Source: a virus
Lineage: Duplodnaviria; Caudoviricetes
IMG/VR virus record: IMGVR_UViG_3300033076_000375
Location: 1 to 64,000 of that record
Reading direction: 5' to 3' (one strand)
Length of the DNA: 64,000 bases
Shown: one piece after another, positions 17,853-28,823 of the stretch
Position numbering within the stretch: the stretch's first letter is position 1
Layout: every line of letters starts with the position of its first letter
Notes under the pieces: generated by a model
What the model was told of the DNA's origin: nothing
Seen by the model: only the letters and a program-made list of their open reading frames with translations
Databases searched by the model: none
Made by a program: the position numbers and the translations under genes

Positions 17853-20800
17853 ATGGCATTCACAAAATTAGAACCTAAAAGCGTAAACACTAGTGCAACC
17901 TTTACGTTTGCTAATGTCAATATCACTGGCAATTTAGATGTAACTCAAGGTATCAATCTCGGACCTGTCGGGAATGTTTCAATTAGTGGCGGTACTGCTG
18001 GTCAAGTTCTAAGCACTGATGGTACTGGTAATCTTTCATGGGCTGACGGTGGAGTCGGTGGTGGGCAAATCGTCACTGGATTTACCGGTATCACTAAAGA
18101 TACCTTTACGGCTGATGGTTCAACTGTAAATTTCACCTTATCAACTACTCCTGACAGTCGAGATTATGTAGCAGTAAACATTGACGGTATTACCCAACAA
18201 GATGCCGCTTACAATGTCACTGATAATATATTAACATTCACTGGAACACCCCTAAGCGGGGAAGTTATTGAAGTTACTACATATCTTGCGCACGGTTTAA
18301 CTGTTGCAGGTAGCAACACCCAAGTTCAATATAACAATAACGGTAACACAGGCGCTAGCCCCAACTTCACATTCAATTCTTCGACCGGTGTTTTACAAGC
18401 ATCGTTCCTAAAGGGTGACGGTTACCAAATCGGTAACATTCGTGCTGCCAATATCTACGGTGAAGTTCCAAGCTCACACATGGCTGGTACTGTGTTTATG
18501 AATGCACAGCCAAACATTACATCAGTTGGTACATTAACTGAGTTGAACGTGACTGGTAATGTGACTGCTGCAAAATTCATAGGTGATGGTAGCGGTCTTA
18601 CTGGAGTTACTGCTGGTGTAGCAGCTCCTGCAGGAGCAAACACTCAAGTTCAGTTTAACGATAACGGTACTACTGCTGGTAACAGTGCGTTTACATTTAA
18701 CAAGACTACAGGTACATTATCTGCTACTAAGTTTGTAGGTGATGGTAGCTTGTTGACAGGTGTAGTATCAGACTTAACTGGGTACGCTACACAAACTTAC
18801 GTCAATACCCAAATAAGTAATCTGGTAGATGCTGCCCCTACTACTCTTAATACATTAAATGAATTAGCAGCCGCATTGGGTGATGATGCTAACTTCTCAA
18901 CCACAGTAACAAATACATTAGCCAATAAGTTAAACTCAAACGCTTTTACATACGCTAACATTACAGGTAAGCCTACATTATCAACTGTAGCGACTAGCGG
19001 GTCATATACTGATTTATTGAATAAACCTACATTATTCGACGGCACATACGCAAACTTGACGGGTAAGCCTACGTTGTTTGACGGCACTTATGCCAACTTA
19101 ACTGGTAAGCCAACTCTATTCGATGGGACATATGCTAACTTAACAGGTAAGCCATCATTAGCAACCGTAGCAACTAGTGGTTCATATAATGACTTAACTA
19201 ATAAGCCAACTATACCAGACGGAACATATGCTAACTTAACTGGCAAGCCTACGTTGTTTGACGGAACATATGCTAACTTAACTGGCAAACCAACATTAGC
19301 AACCGTAGCAACTAGTGGTTCATATAATGACTTAACTAATAAGCCTACAATACCAACTGACATTAGTAGTCTAACTGACACCAACAACTTGTTAGGTGCA
19401 TCAGCACTAGATGGGTTGACAGATGTTGTAATTAATTCAGGTACACTAACTACTGGTCAAGTATTAAAGTATGATGGCACTAATTGGGTTAATGGAACAG
19501 ACGCAACATCTGGTACTGGTGGTGGTGGTGGGGTCACTTCATATATTGATTTAACTGACAAACCATTCATTCCATATGATGTTAGTGAATTGACTGACAC
19601 CACTAACTTATTAATCAGTTCATATAATGAATTAACAGATAAACCAGTATTGGGTACAGCTGCCGCAACAGATGCAACTGCGTATGCAACCGCGGCACAA
19701 GGAACAAAAGCTGACTCTGCGCTTCAACCGGGGGCATTGACGGGCTATGCGACTGAAACTTATGTTACTAGTGCTATCGCAGCTATTCCACCAACAGACT
19801 TAACTAATTATACAACCAAGACGTATGTTGATGGTGCTATCGCAGCTATTCCAGGCACAGATTTAACTGGCTACGCAACTGAAACTTATGTTACTAGTGC
19901 TATCGCAGCTATTCCAGGAACAGACTTAACTGGGTACGCTACTCAGTTATATGTTGACAATGCAATATCTGCTATCCCTACCACTGACTTGACTGGGTAT
20001 GCAACTGAAACGTTCGTCACTACGCAGGGATACCTAACAAGCTCTAATTTAACTAATTACACAACTAAGACTTATGTTGATAGTGCTATCGCAGCTATTC
20101 CAACTACAGACTTGACTGGGTATGCAACTGAATCATTCGTTACTACCAGGGGTTACTTGACTAGCACAGATTTGACTGGTTATGCTACACAAACTTACGT
20201 TGACACTGCTATCGCTTCTGTACCGGGTGCTGATTTAACTGGGTATGCGACACAAACGTATGTCAACACTCAAATTAGTAATCTTGTTGACACTGCGCCG
20301 GCGGCACTGAACACATTGAATGAGTTGGCTTCTGCGTTAGGTAATGACCCTAGCTTTGCTACTACCATTGCAACTTCAATTGGTACTAAATTAGCAACAG
20401 CCGATTTCAGTACAACTGCTAACACTTGGTTAGGAACAAAAACTACAAGTAACGTAGCTGAAGGTACCAACTTATACTATACAGTAGCAAGAGCAAACAC
20501 TGCAATCAGTGCTAGAGTTAATAAAGCATTCGTAGATGCACTGGGTGTTACAGCCGCTACTGTATCTACAAACGCACAACCTAACATTACATCAGTTGGT
20601 GTATTGACTGGGTTAACAGTAACTGGCTTAGTTACAACAACCGGCACCGGTATCAAGACTGGCAACATCATTGATACATCCGGTACATTAGCAATCACTA
20701 CTCATTATAACAACGAGCCAGGCTCAGTGGGTATGTCTGCAAACCTAAATGTCACTGACACTGTAACCGCAGCAAACTTTGTAGGTAATGGTTCCCAGTT

Positions 20801-22094
20801 GACTGGAATGTATTCAAACACTAACGTAAGTAGTTTCTTACCTACATACACTGGTGTAGTTAAAGCTGGTAGTATCAAGACTGATAACTTGTTATACGCA
20901 AACGGTGACCCTTGGACTTTAGGTGGTGGAACTGCAACCGGTGACGGGGCAGCTTTATTTGGCTTGAATGCAGCCAACGTTACAGGAACATTTAATTCAT
21001 TGAATGTACTTGACGCAGGAAATATTAACATTGGTGGCGGAACTGCTGGTCAACTTCTCACAGTAGATTCAGTTGGTAATTTACTATGGATTGATCCGCA
21101 ACAAGGTGGAAGCGGTGGCTCATACCTAATCAATGGAAATAGTAACATCTATATTCAACCTAATAGTGATATTTCATTTGCTGTTTCAGGAGTAGCTGAC
21201 ACTCTAGTAATGTCACCTACTACAATGACATACACTGGAAACATTGTTTCCGGATCAGGTACCGGTGGTAACATCGCCGGTGCAAACGTTATCACTGCTA
21301 ACACAATTATCAGTTTACAGATTCAAGGTAACGGTAGTAGTATCAGTGATATCAACGGTGCAAACGTTGCAGGACAAGTTTCAAACGCACTCGTTTCTGG
21401 AACAGTTTATACTAACGCACAGCCAAACATTACAAGCGTAGGAACGCTCGTTGATTTAGCAGTTACCGGAAACGTAACTGCTGGCCACTTGACAGGTGAG
21501 GCAGGCAACATTTCTAACGTAAACGGCGCAAACGTTTATGGCACGGTAGGTGCGGCAACAGTTGCAGGTACAGTGACTACTGGTGCTCAACCAAACATCA
21601 CAAGCACAGGTACGTTGTCCAACTTAACAGTGAATGGAAACGTATATGTTTCTGGGGCAAACATCTCACTAGGTACTGCAGCCAATCTACACATCTTAGG
21701 CGGACAGCCTGGATATGCGTTGACTACCGACGGAACTGGTAATTTGGGCTGGTCTGCAATTTCAGGTACTTCAGGTGGCACTGCTATCTCTAAGAATTAT
21801 TACTGGCAGGGAACTGTGCAAGTAAATACTGGAACACAGCGTTTGTACATGCCTAGCGCCGCAACGTTGACAAAATTCTATATGAATTTGGGTACTGCAG
21901 GAACTACTGATACAACCATCAGTATCAAAAAGAACGGAACACAAATTAGAACAGCTACATTAACTTCCGGTAATTCATCATTGATGACTATTGCAGGAGA
22001 TAGTTTGGCTGCAAACGATTACTTGACTGTAGATATTACAGTCGCAGGTGCAAGTGCAGTTGACTTGTACGTAACATTCTTATTAACAATTTAA
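17853..22094 (+). CDS. Long tail fibre protein (mosaic, repeat-rich)
   Basis: 1413 aa; GQVL.TDG.GNLSW, LNTLNELA.ALG.D..F (twice), YANLTGKP and DLTGYAT repeats, AQPNITS motifs. Confidence 0.85.
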   Translation: MAFTKLEPKSVNTSATFTFANVNITGNLDVTQGINLGPVGNVSISGGTAGQVLSTDGTGNLSWADGGVGGGQIVTGFTGITKDTFTADGSTVNFTLSTTPDSRDYVAVNIDGITQQDAAYNVTDNILTFTGTPLSGEVIEVTTYLAHGLTVAGSNTQVQYNNNGNTGASPNFTFNSSTGVLQASFLKGDGYQIGNIRAANIYGEVPSSHMAGTVFMNAQPNITSVGTLTELNVTGNVTAAKFIGDGSGLTGVTAGVAAPAGANTQVQFNDNGTTAGNSAFTFNKTTGTLSATKFVGDGSLLTGVVSDLTGYATQTYVNTQISNLVDAAPTTLNTLNELAAALGDDANFSTTVTNTLANKLNSNAFTYANITGKPTLSTVATSGSYTDLLNKPTLFDGTYANLTGKPTLFDGTYANLTGKPTLFDGTYANLTGKPSLATVATSGSYNDLTNKPTIPDGTYANLTGKPTLFDGTYANLTGKPTLATVATSGSYNDLTNKPTIPTDISSLTDTNNLLGASALDGLTDVVINSGTLTTGQVLKYDGTNWVNGTDATSGTGGGGGVTSYIDLTDKPFIPYDVSELTDTTNLLISSYNELTDKPVLGTAAATDATAYATAAQGTKADSALQPGALTGYATETYVTSAIAAIPPTDLTNYTTKTYVDGAIAAIPGTDLTGYATETYVTSAIAAIPGTDLTGYATQLYVDNAISAIPTTDLTGYATETFVTTQGYLTSSNLTNYTTKTYVDSAIAAIPTTDLTGYATESFVTTRGYLTSTDLTGYATQTYVDTAIASVPGADLTGYATQTYVNTQISNLVDTAPAALNTLNELASALGNDPSFATTIATSIGTKLATADFSTTANTWLGTKTTSNVAEGTNLYYTVARANTAISARVNKAFVDALGVTAATVSTNAQPNITSVGVLTGLTVTGLVTTTGTGIKTGNIIDTSGTLAITTHYNNEPGSVGMSANLNVTDTVTAANFVGNGSQLTGMYSNTNVSSFLPTYTGVVKAGSIKTDNLLYANGDPWTLGGGTATGDGAALFGLNAANVTGTFNSLNVLDAGNINIGGGTAGQLLTVDSVGNLLWIDPQQGGSGGSYLINGNSNIYIQPNSDISFAVSGVADTLVMSPTTMTYTGNIVSGSGTGGNIAGANVITANTIISLQIQGNGSSISDINGANVAGQVSNALVSGTVYTNAQPNITSVGTLVDLAVTGNVTAGHLTGEAGNISNVNGANVYGTVGAATVAGTVTTGAQPNITSTGTLSNLTVNGNVYVSGANISLGTAANLHILGGQPGYALTTDGTGNLGWSAISGTSGGTAISKNYYWQGTVQVNTGTQRLYMPSAATLTKFYMNLGTAGTTDTTISIKKNGTQIRTATLTSGNSSLMTIAGDSLAANDYLTVDITVAGASAVDLYVTFLLTI
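18950..19350 (+). repeat. Coding tandem repeats (LFDGTYANLTGKP, 39 nt; LATVATSGSYNDL.NKP)
   Basis: Visible in both DNA and protein. Confidence 0.85.
19735..20265 (+). repeat. Coding tandem repeats (TDLTGYAT.TYV.SAIAAIP)
   Basis: About ten imperfect units. Confidence 0.85.
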
Positions 22095-22103
22095 GGAAAA
22101 ACT

Positions 22104-22451
22104 ATGAAATATTCAGATATGCTAAACATCATTAATTTCAACATGAATGAACCATGGAATTATGATTTTTACAAAGCAAACGTTGAAGCTGGAACAACTG
22201 ACCAAGAAATCGCAGATTTAATCTGTGAAGCTATTCCAGAATTGCGTTCAATACCGTTCTTTACTATCCATTCAACAGTTTATTTTGTTGTACCTACAGG
22301 AACAACTATCCCTGAAAATATGTTAAATAGTATAGAGCAAATAACAGAAGTGACCACTGAAACTGAATTTTTAGCCAACCAAGCTGCTGCACAAGCAGCC
22401 TATGACGCTGAACAAGCAGCATTAGCGGCTTCTGCAACACCAACGGAATAA
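22104..22451 (+). CDS. Hypothetical protein, possible fibre chaperone/adaptor
   Basis: 115 aa acidic ORF, AAGGA RBS. Confidence 0.6.
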   Translation: MKYSDMLNIINFNMNEPWNYDFYKANVEAGTTDQEIADLICEAIPELRSIPFFTIHSTVYFVVPTGTTIPENMLNSIEQITEVTTETEFLANQAAAQAAYDAEQAALAASATPTE

Positions 22452-22453
22452 TC

Positions 22454-23674
22454 ATGTTTGTAAAAATTCAATACACATCCCCAAAAACCCCGTCAATTTT
22501 CTTCAGGGTTTTAAACGAAATTATCAATGATGCTACATTAACTAGCATCAGTGCTATCCAATCAAAAGTTCTAAGTGCTTCTTGGGCAGGTGATTTAACA
22601 ACCAACATTGACTGGGCAAACATGCAGTTATATAGAACTGGCACCGGTGTTACTGCATTGACAACAAATACTGCTTCTCATATTGCTAGACCGGCAGCTA
22701 CTTCAGGCATTGATGCGTTTGAATTTGTGTTAAAGCAAAAAGTTTATGATGCAAGTACTGTTTATTATACATCAATCGGTGTTGCAAGTACAGGTGCTGT
22801 TTTATCATGTTTAATAGGTCCTGGCATAACAAACGCTTTTTCAAGCACAGGATGGGATGTAACTACTTCAACCACACAATCTACTGCTCAAGGAACTTTA
22901 TTGACTGTCACTTCAGGCGTGTCTGCATGTACACATCAAGTAGCGTCGGCTGTTAATTACACAATGTGGGCTTTTATTACAGACAACACATTCTTATATG
23001 CGTTTACAAATAGTGCCGCAGGTTACAGTGTTATGGGTTATCCTTCATTGTCTAACTTATCAACAACTGCAACATGGGTAGGTCCATATCAATATAGTCA
23101 ATATACTCGCAGAGATTATTGGAATACTGATGCTAACGGAATCTTACCGATATTCTTTCAAAATCCAACCCGCTCATCAGTAAGTTTCGGTAACGTAGCT
23201 ACTGATTGGACTGGCATCAAGAATTCAGTGTCATCTACTACAAATGAAAACCCATATAGTATCTACAACTTTGCTGAAATTCTACCAACCAACGGTACTG
23301 CTTGGACTAAAACTGTTTACTCACAAGTTATTTGGGGTGTTGGCAACAGATATAGTGATTTCGCTATGACTGGTATATCAAACGGTGCAACCGCAACTGC
23401 TCAGTGTTACGGTGCTTACATCAATACAACATCACAATATCGTGTATTGTTACCGTCACTAGACGGTAAGAGAGGTTATGCGTTATTACCATTGACGTTC
23501 AAACGTAACGGTATGTTAGGTGGAAACGTAACTGATAAAGCAGGTTATTATCTGTTCAACGGTGACTATTTCCCAGGTGATGAATTCACTTATGGTGGTA
23601 AGACATATCATATCTTACCAGGTAACGGCGTATGTCAAGCAAACAGATTAGGTTGGGCTATCCCTAAGGAATAA
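22454..23674 (+). CDS. Virion/tail protein, family member A1
   Basis: Shares SQY...DYWN and GG......YLFNGDY.PGDE...RLG.A.PK with three downstream paralogs. Confidence 0.7.
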   Translation: MFVKIQYTSPKTPSIFFRVLNEIINDATLTSISAIQSKVLSASWAGDLTTNIDWANMQLYRTGTGVTALTTNTASHIARPAATSGIDAFEFVLKQKVYDASTVYYTSIGVASTGAVLSCLIGPGITNAFSSTGWDVTTSTTQSTAQGTLLTVTSGVSACTHQVASAVNYTMWAFITDNTFLYAFTNSAAGYSVMGYPSLSNLSTTATWVGPYQYSQYTRRDYWNTDANGILPIFFQNPTRSSVSFGNVATDWTGIKNSVSSTTNENPYSIYNFAEILPTNGTAWTKTVYSQVIWGVGNRYSDFAMTGISNGATATAQCYGAYINTTSQYRVLLPSLDGKRGYALLPLTFKRNGMLGGNVTDKAGYYLFNGDYFPGDEFTYGGKTYHILPGNGVCQANRLGWAIPKE

Positions 23675-23675
23675 T

Positions 23676-24923
23676 ATGTATATTAAATTAAACTTCACTG
23701 CAGCCAAGCCTGCTTATCAAGTATTTCGTACAGTTAACGAAATTATCAACAATAGTGGTATCACTAGTGTTGCAACTCTGCAATCTACTGCAACTTCAGG
23801 TACATGGGATGCAACATTAACTTCAAGTTTAGACGCTGCCAATAGTGAAATCATTCGTACAACTGGCTTGAGTTATACTAAATCACATTATGCAGGTACA
23901 AACAGCACTAAGTTGTACACGTTTACCATCGAGCATAGCGTGTTTGATGCTACATCACGTAAGTTTTATTCGCAATTTACAAACGCAACTGCATCCACGT
24001 TGCAAGTATTGTACCAAATGGGTACAACAATTTCAGGTGGCACGATTACAAGTACAATGATGGCTCCGTCGTTAGCAGATTCTAGTGCAGTAGCTACAGG
24101 TACGGCATTGACATTAGGTGGCACAACATCAGGTGCTGCTGTTACACTAAACGCAGTAGGTTCTGGCGGCGATGACGTTTTCACGTTCTGGATGTATATC
24201 ACTGACACGTGTATGCTATGGGCAGTTAACAATAACGCTGCTGCTCCAGTTGGTTGGCCAGGTACATATTCTGCCGCAACTGCATTAGCAGGTCCATTTA
24301 TTACATCACAATACACACGTGATGATTATTGGAATACTGACTCTGGTGCATCTACTGTTTTCTATCCTGTTGCATTGTTCAATTATAGAGGTGCTGGTGT
24401 TGGATTTGGTGTTTCTGGTGTCGATATCACAACGTCTGCGGCTACTACTGCTAATAGCCCAATGTATGCAACGGCTGATACTACTGCAGTACCATTAAGA
24501 GTGTTGAATATGATTGACACTTCGCCTAGCGTAGCTACAACTGCTCCAACAGTATTAACTGCTCAACGTGTGTGTACCACAATCGATGGGTTAAGCCAAG
24601 GACATCGTGCGCTCGGTGTTGATAACCCAGTAGTAACTGCTGCAACATTATCATTTAGACAACTGTTAAACCTTTCTAACGCCGGTTATAAGGTTCCCGA
24701 TGCAACATTGACTGTTCCAGTATTTGCACACCATGACATTGGTTGGGAAATGTCATTATACTGTTCATTCGGTGGAAGTTTGAGTCAAAAAGGTGGATTC
24801 TATCTATTCAATGGTGATTATACTCCAGGTGATGAATATGTAGTGGGTTCAACTACTTACTCAATATGGCCATTGTATTCCGGTAATACAAGTAGATTGG
24901 GAATTGCAGTCCCTAAAACATAA
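23676..24923 (+). CDS. Virion/tail protein, family member B1
   Basis: Same family motifs plus B-specific K.HY.G, GGD.V, QR.C and GWEMS.Y. Confidence 0.7.
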   Translation: MYIKLNFTAAKPAYQVFRTVNEIINNSGITSVATLQSTATSGTWDATLTSSLDAANSEIIRTTGLSYTKSHYAGTNSTKLYTFTIEHSVFDATSRKFYSQFTNATASTLQVLYQMGTTISGGTITSTMMAPSLADSSAVATGTALTLGGTTSGAAVTLNAVGSGGDDVFTFWMYITDTCMLWAVNNNAAAPVGWPGTYSAATALAGPFITSQYTRDDYWNTDSGASTVFYPVALFNYRGAGVGFGVSGVDITTSAATTANSPMYATADTTAVPLRVLNMIDTSPSVATTAPTVLTAQRVCTTIDGLSQGHRALGVDNPVVTAATLSFRQLLNLSNAGYKVPDATLTVPVFAHHDIGWEMSLYCSFGGSLSQKGGFYLFNGDYTPGDEYVVGSTTYSIWPLYSGNTSRLGIAVPKT

Positions 24924-24926
24924 TGT

Positions 24927-25727
24927 ATGGCAACACTAACAACAGGAGTAGTTAACGCAGGCTTCCCCACTAGTGGGGCGCCTTTGCAAGTAAAACGCGG
25001 GGCAATGAGCTACTTTTCTGTTGTTAAGAATGTTTCACAAACATACGACAACAATGCGTTGCGAGGGGTAATCCCCCAAACTGATTTTACAACCACTACT
25101 GCAAGAAAATCAGCAACATATAACAATTCAGTTACATTTGAAAAATTAGTAGGTACTGCACCATATCAATCAGTAGTTAAGAATGTGTCATTCATTGCTG
25201 AAAATCCCGAAGTATTAACAGTGGATGTAAAGACGAATCCATTCTACTTAGCTAATGTTTTAACTGTCAACTCTACTATCAATGAAACGGATGTAGGTAC
25301 AGTTGGGTTCTATCACAAGATATCTTCTCAGACATTCAATACTTCTTCGATTGCCCCAATTGTTGATAATTCTACTAATTTACAGAATAAAAACAACAAC
25401 GGCATATTAGTAAACACAATATCAGAACCTGATGTTGCAGTTATGACTAACTCATCGTTTAATCAAACATTATCCACTAGACAATCTGTTGTTCAGAATG
25501 ACATTACTGAACCTAGCATCTTTACATTGAATGTAACAAACACTTCGTATGGGCAAAATAGTCCAATACAAGTCGCAATAAATAACGTAACTACTAAGCT
25601 AGTTGAACAAAATAACAATTTGGGTAGAATCGGTTCGACTGCTATCCAGCCCAAAGGTTCAGAAGCAGGAAACATTGGTTTTGCACAGGCTTTCGGCAAC
25701 ACAACAATTACAGGGAAATGGTTCTAA
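24927..25727 (+). CDS. Hypothetical N/T/S-rich protein C1 (MATL...GKWF)
   Basis: Third gene of the first triplet. Confidence 0.6.
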   Translation: MATLTTGVVNAGFPTSGAPLQVKRGAMSYFSVVKNVSQTYDNNALRGVIPQTDFTTTTARKSATYNNSVTFEKLVGTAPYQSVVKNVSFIAENPEVLTVDVKTNPFYLANVLTVNSTINETDVGTVGFYHKISSQTFNTSSIAPIVDNSTNLQNKNNNGILVNTISEPDVAVMTNSSFNQTLSTRQSVVQNDITEPSIFTLNVTNTSYGQNSPIQVAINNVTTKLVEQNNNLGRIGSTAIQPKGSEAGNIGFAQAFGNTTITGKWF

Positions 25728-25745
25728 AAGAACTAAATATATATT

Positions 25746-26978
25746 ATGCTAATCAAATTAAACTTTACTAATGGAAAATCTTGGTCTCAAGTATTCCGTA
25801 TCCTAGCTGAAATTATTAACCAACCAACTTACACCAGTATTGCAGCAATGCAAGCAGGTGCAACTGCAACCAGTTGGGCTAGTGATTTACTTCTCAATTT
25901 CGATGCAGCGACTAGTTATATTTACAGAACAATAGATACGACTGGAGTCGTATCTCACATTGCTCGCGGATCACAAGCATCTAGTCAAGTCCCGTTTGAA
26001 TTTATACTTGAATTCCCCACATATGATGCTAGTAGTGTCAAGCAATATTATAAAATAACCTCTACATCAACTACCGCTTCATATTCGTTTTCTGAGCAAG
26101 TTGGAAATGCTATTGCATCTCCTATGTCAGGTTCTCAATGGGCTATATCATCGGCTACTGCCCAATCTGCTGCCCAAGGGACAACAATTAATTTTACAGG
26201 AGCAGGTGCTTCGACCGGTAGAGCATTAGGAACATCATCAACAACATCGCCAGTATATACACTATGGGCATACGTTACACCGTATAGTTTTGTCTGGCAT
26301 GCAGTTCAATCACCCGGTGGCTTTCAACCTTCAGGATGGTCTGGGATTAACTCATACTACGGTAACCAAGCTAACTCAAGTGGTTCAGTGTACTCACAAT
26401 ATAAACGATATGACTACTGGAACACCAGTGCTAACAATATCTTACCATTCGTGTACATGAACCCTAACTTATCTTACTATCTACCGTTCACTAGTACTGC
26501 TGAGTTGGGAATTACAAATCCAAATAGTGCAACTGCATCAGAGTGTACTTTTTATTTCCATAGCTATATCAACGCTACCCCGGGTACAGGTACGATTTTC
26601 CCAGTAGCATACGGAATTCGAGGAGCTACGGGAATAGGAACAAGATATGCGGATACGACTGCGTTAACTGCTTCAAATGCGGCTTCGTTAAACGCAACCG
26701 ATACATGTTATGGCGCTGTACTGAATACATCTACCGTTCAAACTAGAATCCCGTCATCTAACCTATTATCAAAGGGGTTTTCAATTTTACCGTTGACTAT
26801 TAGAAACATGAACATATCTATGTTAGGTGGGAACATTTCAGACATAGGTGACTTTTATTTGTTCAACGGGGACTATTTCCCAGGCGATGAATTTAGTTAC
26901 AACAATAGAACATTTGTAATCTTCCCAGTTGGGCTAGGTTATACTACACGCTTAGGCTTGGCAATACCGAAAGAATAA
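25746..26978 (+). CDS. Virion/tail protein, family member A2
   Basis: A-specific SHIAR, FEF.L, CYGA..NT and LPLT shared with A1. Confidence 0.7.
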   Translation: MLIKLNFTNGKSWSQVFRILAEIINQPTYTSIAAMQAGATATSWASDLLLNFDAATSYIYRTIDTTGVVSHIARGSQASSQVPFEFILEFPTYDASSVKQYYKITSTSTTASYSFSEQVGNAIASPMSGSQWAISSATAQSAAQGTTINFTGAGASTGRALGTSSTTSPVYTLWAYVTPYSFVWHAVQSPGGFQPSGWSGINSYYGNQANSSGSVYSQYKRYDYWNTSANNILPFVYMNPNLSYYLPFTSTAELGITNPNSATASECTFYFHSYINATPGTGTIFPVAYGIRGATGIGTRYADTTALTASNAASLNATDTCYGAVLNTSTVQTRIPSSNLLSKGFSILPLTIRNMNISMLGGNISDIGDFYLFNGDYFPGDEFSYNNRTFVIFPVGLGYTTRLGLAIPKE

Positions 26979-26979
26979 T

Positions 26980-28203
26980 ATGTACATTAAATTAAACTTT
27001 ACTTTAGCAAAATCACAATACACACTATGGCGTATTATCACGGATATTATCAACACACCTACAGTTACTAGCATCAGCACTCTACGTGATAGACAAACTG
27101 CCGCTAATTATGATTCATCATTGCTCGTCGGGTTAGAAGATGCCACTAGCGAAATATATAGAACTACTGACTTGACCACAACTAAGGCTCATTATTCAGG
27201 TAATACAGGAACTAAAGTGTTCACGATGACCGTTGAACAGCAAGATGCTGATGGTCAGTACTATTACACTCAACTATTCAACACGGATGTTTCTAGTCCT
27301 AACGTTTATTATAATGTAGGCACAAGTATCACCGGTGGCACAATGTCAAGTTCACAAATGACTCCGCCTAATGCTGATAATACTAATAGTTTTGTTGGTA
27401 CACAATTAAACATGTCAGGTAATACGTTAAACAACACAACCAACTACATCAATAGTTCAGGTTACGGTGGTGATAACGTTTACACTTTGTATGTTTATAT
27501 TAGTGATAAGATGTTTATGTGGGCTACAGGGTTGGGTGCTTATGCCCCAGGTGGCTATCCAGGTTCATACAGTACTTCAACTTATTCAGGTCCATGGTAT
27601 GTTGGTCAATATACTAAGTATGACTATTGGAACTTGAATACAAACGGTATGGTTCCTGTCATGTTTACTATGCCCGACAGAGGCACGAATGGACAGAAAC
27701 TAGCTCCAAGAAATGAAGATTATACTAGTGTTCGCAATCCATTCTATACCGTGTCTGCAAACTCAAACTTATCACCATATGGTGTATTGTCATTAATCAA
27801 TGCAAGCCCTAGCATCGGCACAACATGGTCTAAATTATATGGACAACGTATCTGTCACACTGTCGGTAACGTAAGTTCAGGACAACGTCCACTGTTAGGT
27901 AACTTCACAATTACAGGTAACGCCGGTGCATTATCGTATGCTTCGTTTATGAGCAATCAACAGTTCTATCGTTTCCCTACAGCAAACTTAGGTGCAGTTG
28001 CATTCTTACACATGCCACTAGGTTGGGAAATGAGTTACTATGGTGCAATGGGAGGAAACATGAGTGATGCCACTGGTGTTTATATCTTCAACGGTGACTA
28101 TGCTCACGGTGATGAATATACATACAATGGCGTAACATATAGTATCTGGCCAATGTCAAATGGTTTCGGATCACGCATAGGTCATTCAGTACCTAAATCG
28201 TAA
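26980..28203 (+). CDS. Virion/tail protein, family member B2
   Basis: B-specific motifs shared with B1. Confidence 0.7.
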   Translation: MYIKLNFTLAKSQYTLWRIITDIINTPTVTSISTLRDRQTAANYDSSLLVGLEDATSEIYRTTDLTTTKAHYSGNTGTKVFTMTVEQQDADGQYYYTQLFNTDVSSPNVYYNVGTSITGGTMSSSQMTPPNADNTNSFVGTQLNMSGNTLNNTTNYINSSGYGGDNVYTLYVYISDKMFMWATGLGAYAPGGYPGSYSTSTYSGPWYVGQYTKYDYWNLNTNGMVPVMFTMPDRGTNGQKLAPRNEDYTSVRNPFYTVSANSNLSPYGVLSLINASPSIGTTWSKLYGQRICHTVGNVSSGQRPLLGNFTITGNAGALSYASFMSNQQFYRFPTANLGAVAFLHMPLGWEMSYYGAMGGNMSDATGVYIFNGDYAHGDEYTYNGVTYSIWPMSNGFGSRIGHSVPKS

Positions 28204-28823
28204 TGGCTACATTAGCGTATCCTGTTGCACAGTCTACAACTAGTACATTGTTTGGTCCTAGAATAGGGACAAGTTTTGGTAATTCAAAACCAACAGGGCA
28301 ATCGTTTAATATAATTTCCAATGTACTATGGGGAATAGTATTAGACCAAAATAAATTGAACGGAATCTCAGTACAATCAACTACGTTTGTGCCATTGCAA
28401 ATTCCACTTGATACTACAAAACTATCAGCAATGGAAGTGAGTAGTGCATGGAATCAAGTAGACACTGCTAAACTAGCCGCATCAAAATGGATCCCTGAAA
28501 ATGTTACATTAGATAGCAAAACAAATAGCAATCTATCAGTATCAGTTGGAACGTCAAACTGGAGCCCTTTGTATATTGAATTTGATGACACTTCAATCGA
28601 TGATATGACTACCGGCAATGTTTATGCAGGGGAATTGGTCACACCTTACTTGTATGATTCGTTTACTACTGGATCAATGATACTAGTTAACAACACTACT
28701 ATTGGTATACTTAATACCATCACTCCTACTATTGATTCAACTAATGAGAAGATGTTGACCCTAAAAACAGGTTGTGTTTTGGCTTATGGTGAACTACAAC
28801 GCAACAATGGTTGGACTGTTTAA
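28203..28823 (+). CDS. Hypothetical protein C2 (MATL...NGWTV)
   Basis: Third gene of the second triplet. Confidence 0.6.
   Translation: MATLAYPVAQSTTSTLFGPRIGTSFGNSKPTGQSFNIISNVLWGIVLDQNKLNGISVQSTTFVPLQIPLDTTKLSAMEVSSAWNQVDTAKLAASKWIPENVTLDSKTNSNLSVSVGTSNWSPLYIEFDDTSIDDMTTGNVYAGELVTPYLYDSFTTGSMILVNNTTIGILNTITPTIDSTNEKMLTLKTGCVLAYGELQRNNGWTV

Noticed and set aside
18950-20265. CRISPR-like array
   Set aside because: The repeats are in-frame, vary at synonymous positions and have no unique spacers; they are tail-fibre peptide repeats.
14430-28823. Diversity-generating retroelement or invertible shufflon acting on the fibre paralogs
   Set aside because: No reverse transcriptase or recombinase, no near-identical template/variable repeat pair with adenine-specific differences, and no flanking inverted repeats were seen.
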